A stretch of DNA of 64,000 nt from the NCBI GenBank assembly GCA_051294905.1, contig CM119379.1, positions 10,664,001 to 10,728,000 on the forward strand, written 5' to 3'. Positions 1-12,600 of the stretch are shown in pieces. Under the pieces are notes generated by a model. It was given only the letters and a program-made list of their open reading frames with translations, was not told where the DNA came from and searched no databases. Source of the stretch: Botryllus schlosseri. Lineage: Eukaryota. A program made the position numbers and the translations under genes. Each line of letters opens with the position of its first letter. The first letter of the stretch is position 1.

Positions 1-134
1 GATAAATTCTGCGGGAGAAATCAAATCTGGATTTAACACATCAACGAAACTGCTAGTGATGTGATGTTGATTTTAACCTCATCTAGCTACGTAGAGATGA
101 AATAAATTGGGCAGAAAGTACACCAGACAGGTTC

Positions 135-352
135 TAGTGAATTTGCATTAGAAATGTAAAATCTGTTACTACTATGAAAGCGAGCCATTAATATTGGAGC
201 AATAGAGATTCGCAAATGAATGTTTTAATGAATTTGAGCACTTGGTCAATGAGGCATGTTGAATTCGGCACTTGCATACATTGATGTATTTGGGTTAGGA
301 TTAGATTTGGATAGGGGTACGTTAGCATTAGCGGTCAACCAGTGCCGAATTC
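135..352. repeat. Dispersed degenerate repeat (second copy at about 41425-41880) with a ggttagg-rich segment
   Basis: Shared blocks ...aatttg(g)cattagaaatgtaa..., aatgaatgttt and gaattcggcact; boundaries approximate. Confidence 0.55.
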
Positions 353-544
353 CCTACATCCAAATCAAGGGAATGACTAGTACATTGTGATGCCATGCAT
401 CTTCCCTGCATCACAATGGATAATCATGTCATGTCATCCACAGAAAAACTTTGCCCGCACCAATAACTTAGGGTCCTGGCTACACAGTAGACATATGGTG
501 ACAATGTTACACTAAGAAAAATCGATACGACCTCGTAAACATAC

Positions 545-688
545 CAAAAATATTATCTTGTCTCTTAATATTCTTTTTGTGCATTTTGTCCAGTTGTTTC
601 TTAGAAACCGTGACGCTCCACGCCTCGGGCTCGTCTTGTTTTATACTCAAATCGGGGTCCTGTTCGAGTTCCCCGAGTAGATCGACTG
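545..688 (-). CDS. AKAP13: RhoGEF exon: pre-DH linker and start of DH domain (AVDLLGELEQDPDLSIKQDEPEAWSVTVSKKQLDKMHKKNIKRQDNIF)
   Basis: Long T-tract acceptor ttttag at 689-690, donor G|gtatgt at 544; 144 nt, phase 1 to 1; Lbc-family EAWS...KRQD motif. Confidence 0.9.
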
Positions 689-3600
689 CTAAAAATAAAA
701 AAAAAAACGATTCGGTCAGACCCTGCGCAAAAAATGGGGCGGTCCAAAGTGAACACGTACCATCGTCTATCGACTCGTTCGATCCCGAGACACTGAAAAG
801 AAACAAAAGAGTTCAAGAACAAATCCGTTGACCTTTCCGCTGTTTGCGCACTGCGCAGCCTATTGTCGAACTTTCACGCCAAAGTAAATTCTAATAAAAT
901 AATACCAATGTGTTTTGTTAGCTCAACACCGCGCCCCGTAAGGAAAGAAAACAAGATTTCATAGGGCCACCCGCCTTTCCCAGAGTCTACAAAGTTTGAC
1001 GATTCCAGATGTAATTCACGTTATATTAGCACCATCAACATCCTATCATTTTCAAGGTAGTGATATCCTAGGAATTGCATGCTACATCAGTAAAACTGCA
1101 ACTCCTGTGGCCTTACAAAAACGATGTTTGATACTTGAATTGTACATCTGCAATGGCCCACAAGAACTAGAAAATGCTCTTGAAAGTACCCCGTTACCGA
1201 ATTAAGGAACAATAAAGCATGACTAAACAAACACCGCACCCAGCACCTACAGGAAGACTATGGGTGGGTATCTAGCACTTCAAAGAAAGCACTGCTACTC
1301 CTAGACATGTCCTAACCATAACGAAAGTGCGATTATGAAAACAAAACCAGTCTTGTAGCTCACAAACGATTGATGTCAAGGCTAGTTGAGAGAGTCGTAA
1401 CACTGAGATATTACCTTGTAAAAGTAAAATCTACGTAGACAATATCCTAGGTCCTGGGTCTCGCTAAGCATGAAGAACTGCCTCAGACACAAGCCTATTT
1501 TTGATGCGTTCAAAGCCACAAAATACAAGAATACCAAACTCGATATACTCACGTGTTGTGATGTGACAAATGAGGCGGAGTCCTTGATCCGGAATGGATT
1601 GATGAGGAGTCGCCGTCGTCCTTATAAAATCTAATAGAAGAAATGCAACAAATAAAGAGGTGGCCAACGTAGTCCAGTAAATTGTTACAAAAAGTTGATT
1701 TGGTTGAGGGATGCATATGTTGGCAGTTAATCGGAGGTGAGTAATTTGCATCTTCTCGGACTAAGGCAACGCGGCTAATGGCAATACAAACGTGCAATTT
1801 TTGAAAAACAAAGTTAGTTGTCATGGAACAGAAGCTGGCTTGCCCAGTGGTATTACATTTCCTCTTGATTGAATGCATGAGAAAGTCGACACTAACCAAT
1901 GCATCAAAGCTATGCAACAGTTCACCCCTGTTCACCAAAACGTGACTTACCTTGAAAACCTGCCATCTGTGGAGTCCGAAACTCTACTGCCAGTTTCGTA
2001 AGTCTGTAAAATGGATATGAGTTACCTTTCAGTTCAAACACCGAGTAAACCCGGAACCCCGGAAAATAAGACGTGGGTACGCACCGAGTTGGGTCGAAAC
2101 GCTGGTCCTGGTCTCACGGGCAGGCCGTGGACTCGTCCGTCGGGTGCGAAGAATGGCGTGGTGGTGGCCGGCACTGAGAAGCACAAAAAAGTATGAGCTT
2201 ACCGGCATACATATATATGTCATGCAATCAGTCGACTGGCGTTGGAAATTTGCTAAGAGTTCAGATACACGACGCGATCAAACGGAAATTCAGTCAGAAT
2301 ATTAATCGGCCAGTTAAAACGCAGCATTGACTAGCCTGTTCGACTGCTAACTGTGCTGAACACCGAGTCTAAATATAATATAAAGCACCACAAGTTTGGT
2401 AGCTGGTCAATTCTCCATTTATGCAGCACAATCAACACAATCAACGCAACTAGATACTCACATGAGTTGCCGTAATTTGTGAGTTGCTTATTGATCATCA
2501 TACTGTTAGTTCGGTTGGCGTTGCCGGAAGACTGTCCTTTCTGAAATCAAAACCACAATGTATTACCATGCAACGATTCAAAGCGAATCACTAAGAAACG
2601 CGCGCCCGCTCTGAACCAAGCGCAAATTTCGTACCTTTTTGCGCAATCGCACCTCCTGCATAAACATATTCGACGCTACTCAGGGCGCAGCATTGTTACA
2701 AAACACAGTGTAGGATACCGCTAATTTGCATAGCGCGAACGGAACTTCAAATGATAAAGTGTGACACGCGCATTCAAATCACAAATCGTGATGTAAAAAC
2801 ATAATGCTTGCTTCAATGCGGGTCGCGATATCACGGCGTTGGGGATGTCAAAAATTGTTGTACCATAGAACGTACAAGCAACAAGTTCGCCTTAGGATTT
2901 AACGACACCACGACCTGATTGCGACACGTTTAGAAAACATGAACATGTCCATAAGTACCTCTAAAACTACAAAGACACCGCGCGATTTAGTCAACAAATC
3001 GATCACTAACACAGCTAGCTAAAGGCGTGCAATGAAATACCATACCGCTTCACTACCTATCTCAATAACATTATTCAGCAAGCAGCGCGCTAGACGGCTG
3101 TGTAATGCGGGCGATAGGAGGAAGTGTATATAGCAGTGTCGCATTAACACCTCCAAGTATTGTCTTTCTCGAAAGAGGGCTGGTATAACTCGATGATATG
3201 ATGAGTAATGACAGAAGGATCTAGCGAGTGAGTGATTGCATTTCTAACTTTTGCCTGGTGACTGTTGCGTGTGCGTGAGACTTGCATTCACAGACAGAAA
3301 ATCGGCGGAAAGCGCTGACTATAACAATACGCACAGCAAAGTCAAGGTTGCAATGGACGGGACGTAAAATCTCGCGTTATAACTATATACTGCAAATATT
3401 AGTAATCTTGAATGTTAAAGCCGTATTTTACCTCACGCTGATCAATGAATCAAAGAATGTTATGCAATCGATTCATACTTGATACCCTGTGCAGCAGTCA
3501 GAAACAGAGACTGACACACACAAGACCGGTTTAAATCATCAAGCGCACATACTCAGTGGGTCGGATACTGTTATAATTGGAGATTAAAAATACAAGCTTC

Positions 3601-6600
3601 AATAGCGGACACCGCGTCAACGCGAAATGCATTGTAAACACCGCAGCGGAGCATCTACTTTACTTCGTTACGAGTCACATCTTTCCAATTACACCAAACG
3701 TGCTCTGATTAATGACTACAAAACCGGCAATATCTTATAAACATAGGGGCGCAAATTCATGAAGGCGAAACAGTAATTTGTGTTCGGATTAGCATTGTCG
3801 CAGCACATGACGTCACACGTTCGTGGTCAAGTCCAACCTTCTACAACAGTTCGTATTCACAAGAACCGGGGCCCGCACCATTCCTAATTATTATTGCTGC
3901 GGGGACCATTCATCACTATATTTGCCTACCACTTTAGGACCCGTTTTCACGAATCGAATTTCCGTGACAAACCGTCGAAAAACCGCTTGCTAATCGGTGA
4001 CACTTTCCGTATTTCACCATATAAAGCGCGCGGCAACGGCACGACAAATCGGTTACTTTGAGCGCCCCGCCGTAACCCACAGAAATAAGAATTACTAATA
4101 CCGACTAGTAGCTGACGTGACACCACGCGGCGTCACGGGTATTTACGGTTATGTCTAATCGGATTATAGAAATTTCGACGCGTAGAGATCTCATCCAAAT
4201 AACGAGTCTATTGGCGATAGATAATCGGGCATCTGTTATTGAAACAAACGTCATCTGACAGTAGAATAACTAGTCCAATTCTGCACAGAATTATCGAGTT
4301 GCATCGTAACGCAGTTCGAGCGCGTATGGTTGACCAGCATATCGGTGACATATACTCCCAAAAACAGGAAGATAGCTGCAACCAAATCACCTAAATCACA
4401 CTAAAAGCTTATGGTCGCAAATGTCACCACGCATTACCTCTTACGGCTCGCAAATAGTTTTGGTGACACTTTGATAAAAGTACCCGCGAAGAGGGCTGAA
4501 CACAATGATTAGATTAGACTGGTGAAAGACTATTCTTTCAGGTACTGAAAACATACGACCCTTTCGCAACAGTAAGAGTTATATTATCAACGAGAATTTT
4601 AGTTTCTACCACCTAAAATCGAAATTAATCCTCACAATTTCTAGTTTCACGTTTCATGATATTATCGTATTCTGTTTTTTCGCACTTCTGTCATGTCACT
4701 CACCACATTGTTGTTTATGAGATATTTTGATATAGTAAGACCATACCTAGAGCAGCAAGCCTATCTGTTGACTAGGCTCGCTTCCTCAAGTTAGTTTGGT
4801 TATGTTGATATCATTTTGTGTGGCTTTGTCGCCAATTCCTTCAATTTCATCGCATTATCGTCATTAATGCCGCTAAATGTGTTTTTCTTGGACTAGGTCA
4901 CCAAGGTGGTCCATGCGAACTCCGAAACAAATTTATGGGTCCTGCTAAAACAGTACAAGAGCCGCGGAATGCTACAGTGCCGTACAATACCTTTGGTACG
5001 TCAACATGGGACGCAGACCTCTCTTCCACGCGAAAAGGTGCGGGGGTATACGCGTACCACTTAGAATTGGACCGTTCGTCTCGCACAAGATTTTTCAGAT
5101 GCTTATCGCCGCCCGGGCTCTTTTTGTGCGGGCTGGCGTTGGCCGACTGCGTGCCGGACCGAGTCGGCCGCTTGGTCAGGGCGGCGAAGCTGTGCTTTCT
5201 TTTCACGTGGCCCGAGCTACCGCGCCTGTCGGGCGCGCGGTCCTTGTCGCGGTAGTCCTCCCGTAAGAAGTCCATGGAGATTGACAGATCCCTCGCAGGG
5301 ACACATGGATGTTTATCGCTACTATTCTCGTACGGACTGTCGCATCTTACAATGCTAACAACTGGGCAATGGGCATATTCATATTCTGAGAGTATGCTGA
5401 AACCCAAAAAATCTAAAATGTGACCAATAGAAAAAGCAGGGCGAAATTTTCGCACTGTGATATTACACCAGAGGACAGAGGGGTCAGGTCAGTAACTAGG
5501 CCTAATCACTTCCACTTTCTCGGAGCAGGCTACTCAAGAAGATTCTGACGACGTGCACTGAAATGCCAAGTGGTTATGAGTTGACAGTACTTTAACATGC
5601 AGCTTTTCAGTTTTTTTAAAGCAAACCTAGGCATAGAAATACTAGACGTTTTAACATACTGGAAAATCGCTACTTCTACTTGAGCACTGTCCACAATTAC
5701 TACTTTGACCACATCTGTATTATCAGCCATCGAGGTGGTGGGGCAGTCCGAAACGTAAGCAGATAACACCAAATGAGTTAATCTCCTATCGATTTTGCGC
5801 CAGTCTACGCTGACACCTCTCCCTGAAACTCTCGCCAAGCAAAACCATCATGGTACTTGAAACGTTGGTAATCGATATCGACTTGAATATCCGTCGCTCA
5901 CTGGTCAATGCATCTATGCTCTTCAACGGCATTTAAAAGATTAGAACCACAACCAAAACCTACGTTACTATTATGGATGGCGGCCCGTAGCTAACACATC
6001 GTTGCGGACCGTGCCACAACCACACAGTACTTTACTTCCCAGCGACTTTCTCATTATCCTACCACCAGGCGAAGCAGCTGTAATTGAGAAGTGCAATCGT
6101 ACCACAGAAACTAACGCATATCTCGGGACGAAATACAATCAACCCGGCCAGATTTTCCGCCCACAACTTCCAATTCTGCATCAAAACTACTCGATTGACA
6201 GAGTCTAACATCGACATGACGCAACCTACTCTTTCCTATAGCCAGATAGCAATCGCTGATGCATATACGTTCCGTAGCGGATGTCAGCGATGAATAGACC
6301 ACACGAAGCCAACAAAACGAAATCGCATTACAACTCAATAGCAATGCTCTTCCACGCACAACATCGCGTGAATTCAAAGAAACAAAAGGCAAACCGCAGA
6401 ACACGACAGAACCGCAGTAACGTCCATACTGAAAATCCATTACGGTCTCGCTATGCCGTTTTCACTCTACAATGCGGCAGTAAAGTCACGAATATACTTT
6501 ATTTCAGGAAGCGGTTATGGAAGAGCGCTCGGTGCGAGTCACATACGCGACAACGCATGCGTAATGGCGTGTGTAGAAACGGCGTCGCAGAAAGATACGA

Positions 6601-9600
6601 AACAATAACGGCTAAGGATCAAGTAAACAGACCGGATATCATTGCATAACGCACATAGTTTTGGGATTGTCTCTATTGCCAGCTTGAAGACATTATTGAA
6701 AATCGATGGCCATTGGCCATGCGTCTTTTATTATCACCATCACAATTCGTATATGCATAAATACACCACAGGTCAGGATGTGGTTTTATCCTATGATTTA
6801 AACCTCGCGATGTTTATCGCCTCCTCGTCAGCTATTCACTGTGTCTTTTAAGTATGCCACGGAACGCGGGCCGTACTCGCTGTTCGAAAATTTCGAGCCG
6901 TTAGGTCGCGCCAGACACTAACGAGGTAATCGCGTTATGAATTATAGATTTCAGAAATCAGCTGATAGATCGAAAACATAGACCGATGACACGGGTCAGG
7001 AAATACTGCTTTTCTCGTGCGTTTTAACGCCATCAAGTCGGAATCGAAACTGGCGATAACGGAAGGGGAAGAAGCCTTCGACGCTTTACAATGTCAGCCT
7101 AAGATCAATATTCTTAAATAAGAAAAAGGTTGCTTCAAAGAGCAACAAAGGGCAGAGGGAAAGTAACAGGTAAACTACTGCCGACCCGATGAGTACAACG
7201 TAGACTACACACGGCTCCATACAAGCACAAAATCAGTTTCTCCTTACCTTGGGTTTATTTTTCACAGCCCGCCAGGAAAAATCTCTGGTCCCTTCTTTAT
7301 TTGCAGCTTCTTTATCTTTATTCTCGGTAAGATTATCTGCAAAGGAGATGAACACAGATTAGGTAAGGTCTCCAAAACGGAAGAGTCAGATATTCGAGCG
7401 ATATTCCTTAGCCAAGTACGGCGCTTCGAGCTCAACTAACAACCGGGCTAGTACGAAAAGACATGTTTCATCTGTAACTGCAGCTACCCGACTCTTGCAG
7501 TTCAAACTGTATTCACTCAGCTAACAACAGGCCATTTCCCTTCCAATACTACGGAATGCATTTTCGCACTGTACTAAATGTATGCACTGACGCGAGGTAT
7601 TCAAATTACGAAAACCGACAATGCTAATCACGGACACGCGTCACGACAAAAACATGCTGCAGTTACAGCTAGGCAAAATCAAGTACCACGGTTATTGATT
7701 TCAGATCGAGTATTAAGGTTGCGAGGTTTCTAGTATTACTGGCTGAGAGTATGGACGATGCGGAACTTCATATATGCAACGGCAATCAAAATATTTCCCC
7801 GTCTTCACCATATTATGGTACCGACATTACCTATTTCATTTCACTTGCAATAATAGTGCGGGTTGCTCACGACTTTACAGAAATTACGTTTAAACTAAAG
7901 TGCGTAAATCACTACTGAATGCTTTGAATGCTGTGATAGGACTAGTCAAGGGTTCCAAGACTTCCACGACGGGGAAAAGGTCGAAAATCCACCAACTCCT
8001 CAACTAGCAAACCTGACCTATGGCGACACTTTGAACTTCAATCTAAATATCGCAAGAAGCCATTTACCACACCCAGCAAACCGACACCACACTCTGCATC
8101 GAGACACGAAACTTTCGTAAAGCAACAGTTCCGCCGGCGGAAGGCGCGCGACGATAAACACGCATCGTCGGTTTCCGACTATATCAAGGCGGCTTTATTA
8201 TGCTCGGGGAGAGTAAATATCTTAGCCTCGGCTGCGTATGACTCATCGCAGCACTCGGCAAAGGTCTCCGAACGCGCACAGTCTGCGAATCGCGAGGCCT
8301 CCCGCACTAAACGCGACACAACGTCAACAAAAACCTGACATTCGCAAAGCAGCCGGCGCGTGTACGCACATCGCGCAGACGGTACAGCAAGTTTGACCTA
8401 TCTCAGCACATTCTAAATATCGAGTAATAATTCCAGGTCAACGCAGTAGACTGCGGTTGATGCACAATGCATCGTTTCTCTTACCTCATTATTAATATTA
8501 GCAATAAACGTTAAATGGCGGGTTATCCAGTATCCTTTGTCCCGTAAGAGTCGTCAATAGAAAGTGTGAACCAAAGCTATTTATATGCAACTGCTGAAAA
8601 GAGTATTCCATAATGAAGACACATGTTGACCTTTCGAGCAGCAATTAAATACACAACGTTCCATTTGTTTATAACGATACTGCGCGGGATCAAATTTATC
8701 TTGCGCATGGGCATATTCAAATGATTACAGTCGCCGGGTACACAAATCAGGCGACTATTTCTGACTCGACAGGCACCGTAATTACCTAGCCAGTAACTAG
8801 GTATGATGTTATTATAAATATAAGGGTAACAAAACGTGCGCGCGAGATATGGAAATGTAAAAATATCAGTCGGCGACGGTCGAAAATAAATTTTGAGTGC
8901 TCTTCATAATAGCCATTAACTATCATCCCTTCTAGTCTACGTTTTTAGATCAGTACAGTATGATATTATGTACATGTACATATTGTACAGTATGCTGCGA
9001 AATATTTACAAGCAAACAACCAGGATGCTGCTTTTCAAATCACCACGGTTGCTAAGGAGATCAGATATCTACTCTTCCTAGTAATCACCTTATTGCTCAA
9101 GTACAAACGAGATTAATTTTGAAACTGCCCCTAACGTAAGGACATTAGATGCATACTGTACCAGTTATGGTCAAACACAATTTTAATTGTCGATAGCGAC
9201 TATTCCATAGTTTTTACTACGTCTGAAAGTAAAGCAGAAAAGAAAAACATTGATTTTAAGATCAAAATGACTACACATAAATGTAAACACGATCAAAGCC
9301 TCAAAATCGAAAAAAAGCTAATATACGCGAAACAACGCCTGATTACTACGAAAAATTACAACGATCTACATCTCAACAGCGATCTATCAAGATCACAAAT
9401 ACCTCACCAACACTAATTGGCGTGCGAAGCGTATCAAAGTCATGCACGACACGCGACGCTCCCACATGAACTACACCCTTCTATATTCATACCGTCATTA
9501 CGCGCGCAATGCGGTAATTAAATAGATCTATCTGCCCCTCGGTACACGTAGCTGACTTTCGCGAGCGCTCGCTTTCACTACAATCTATCACGCGTTAGAA

Positions 9601-12600
9601 CCATAACCATTTACAGCATTATCGACGGCTGTCGCAATCTCATAGCTCGTACAGTACACCCGCATGGCGAAACGGCATTAATAAAGTCACAAGCTCGAGA
9701 CGCAGTCATAAAGAGCTTCCATAACAAAGATATCGCGTACGCCGTACGCTACGCGTCCTACCACCACAAGCGACCTCGGGGCGACAGGTGTCTCTCGCCG
9801 ACGATAGCGAGCGATATTTCGTCTCCTTTTTCTTATCGCCGCGCAATTTCTCTCAATGCCAATACCGACCGAAGTGACCTCAATATTTATATTTACCAAT
9901 TATATTCATATCACGTATGATTTGTCATAGTTACGAAAGGAAAAGTTTATGCGCATTTACAGCGAACTGTGAACCACACTATATTCAATATTCATATTCT
10001 GACACTGTTCTTATGTCGCTGAACAACGTAGGTGATAAAAGCTACTTGAATGTATTTCGTCATCCCACACATCACGTCCAAAAGGAAACGCTGCGGATGT
10101 AGCACCTTGGGTGCAAAAATAGTTCCGAGTAACATATCACAATCACCGAGCAACTGCTTATTGAATAACGAGAATTTCTGGCCGTTATTCAAAACGAATT
10201 TCTAATAAGTTCCAACGCCTACGGTTCTCAGATCAGGGTTCTGCTGATGCGTAGACCACCGCCGCACGTAAATAATACTAGAACGCTGTGATAAATCCGT
10301 CGCTAAGTAGGTCGCTGATACGTTTTACACGTGATTTAGAAAATTGACAATGCTGGTATAGGTCCGCAAAACAAACATTACCGCCGATTCATCAAGTTGT
10401 ATCGCCCGACGCGGATTTCAAAGTTTTTATGATCGCTCCCTATCGTTTTTCGTCTACTGTCCACTTTCAGAACGCTGACACACATTCCCGTTTTGAAACG
10501 GGGGAGCTTATCGGTTCCACCTTCTTCAACCGCAGTGATCACGCACCCACTGTATATTCGACAATGGAACTAGAGTCGCCACGTCATAGCACGGTAATGG
10601 CTTGGTGGCGTTGAAAAGCACGAAAAATACGAAAGGGACTTCAAAATGGGGTCGAATGCTTTGTAGTCGCGCACGTAGCCTGGAGTCGATTTGCGGTGTA
10701 CGAAAGCAACGAACCGCGGCAGCTATAATCAGATTTTTTTTAATGATTATATCGTCACCACGCAGAAAACTTGACACCGAAATTATTCCAGAGGCGGTCA
10801 AGGTCGGTAGGAAGTAGTTCTATTTCCGACGTGTACCCGAGAGTCAAGAGGTTATGATTTCAGGTTAATTTACTTCTTACCACCTTTCAGTACACTACTG
10901 TTTTGCTTGCACATGAATAGTAATGTTGCGACATAACTTGGGCCAACTATGAATTTTTCACGCATGCCACTAAGCTACAACTTCACGTTTATGCGATCTA
11001 CTACAGAAACGTTAGATATTACCAGGGTTGTAACTAAGTCACAAGGCTCCGAGTCACAAGTCAATCTCACTTTTATAGTTTTGACTCGAGTCAAGTCGAG
11101 TCATTTCAATTCACCACCGAGTCAAGTCCGAGTCCAAGTCAGCGAGCAGAGGTTCGAGTCCGAGTCATGGTATTATGACTCGAGTCCGAGTCCAAGTCAT
11201 TGTGTTCAGTTTCCAGTTAAAGTCTTGGTAAACCCACTTTTTATGACTATGTTTGGTGATATCGAATGGTTCGCATTTATAATATAACAATTTCCCTAAT
11301 TTTCAGCAGTTTCTGGTCGCATTTTCAAGTAACAGTACCAACAGACGAAATCCCAATGGTGTGTTGGCTTCGGAATTACAATGAAATGTCGGTATTGGCC
11401 GTCACAGTCTCGAGTCAATGACTTGGTTCGAGTCATGCGCAATGAATCGAGTCCAAGTCGAGTCAATACACAGATTGACTCGAGTCGAGTCGAGTCATTT
11501 TCGTATTTTGAAAAAATGACTCGAGTCAAGTCGAGTCATCAGAAAATCGTGACTCGAGTCGGACTCGAGTCGAGTCATGACTCGAGTTATTACAACCCTG
11601 GATATTACAGTGTTGTTATGGAATATGAAACACTAACGTCAATTGCCACGGTAATCTGTAAGTCAGGTTGTGTCACGCTCACGGACACATCAATTATTTC
11701 ATTACCGACACCCTTAAAACACCGATGGTCTAACGACATGCACTTGAAGAGCAACATAACACACGTTTCCGACAGCACGGAACATACCTCTACGTAGCGG
11801 ACACGCGACGCTAATGCGTCATCGGCTTACGTTTCTCGAAATCACGAGTCCGAGATGCATATCAATACGCCCAATTTCAAAATAGCGAGAATGAGCAATT
11901 GGGCGTTTCGAAACAGATCTAAATAGGTCGGGGCAAGTGCTTTTTATAATCGGCTGATTCACCAGTTCTTATCCTTGTCGTAGCGACGGGCGAGTAAATT
12001 TGTAGTGTAAAAATACGAAGATACAATACACCGAAAAAATATCTCTATCTCGACGAACCTTACTCATATCGCCTAGGGCACCGCTTGGATGAAAGAATCA
12101 ACGGTCCTAACAACGAGTGGGTGGCGCTGGCACTTGACGTAAACAATTTTAAATCACATTAATCCACTTCGATTAGCAGCCGCAGTACGCAAGAAACACG
12201 ATACGACTTGAGAGTTATCATCAGGGGAAAAGTCCGCGACGAATCAGATACAATTCCGCCCTGCCGCAACACAGACACCGCATCGAATTGGGGAAGATCA
12301 GTCGCTAACTATATCTTTAAAAAGAGTCAGCGATAATCTCGGAACTGTAACAAAACTAACAAGGCGACACAAGTCTGCGTGTTTCTGAGTATCGCGCAGG
12401 TTTCTAACTGCAGTAACCCGAAAAAAGTTACCGGGATACAAAATCTACTAACGTCGCCGGCGCGTTGCCTACAAACATTCCGGTGTTGATAATGACAACA
12501 ACCTCTCTGAGCGTGAATTTTAATCGATCTCAGCCCGGCTAAGTACGTTAAGCTGCACTCAAAGCCTACTTCGCGAGGCTGCTGATGCCAGCGTTCTTGA

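Noticed and set aside
2203-2223. ATG...CCG|gtaagc candidate first exon (MTYICMP)
   Set aside because: The donor is only 29 nt from the 2174 acceptor and in the wrong phase for it; it would have to skip to 2003. No other support.
4445-4495. Possible phase 0 to 0 cassette exon (PSSRVLLSKCHQNYLRA)
   Set aside because: Splice sites are plausible, but it is not needed for frame and has no homology, so it cannot be told apart from chance.
11381-11797. 138-aa ORF and CRISPR-like GACTCGAGTC repeats
   Set aside because: Both lie inside a TIR/TSD-bounded MITE. The repeats are irregular subterminal motifs without unique spacers, and the context is eukaryotic.
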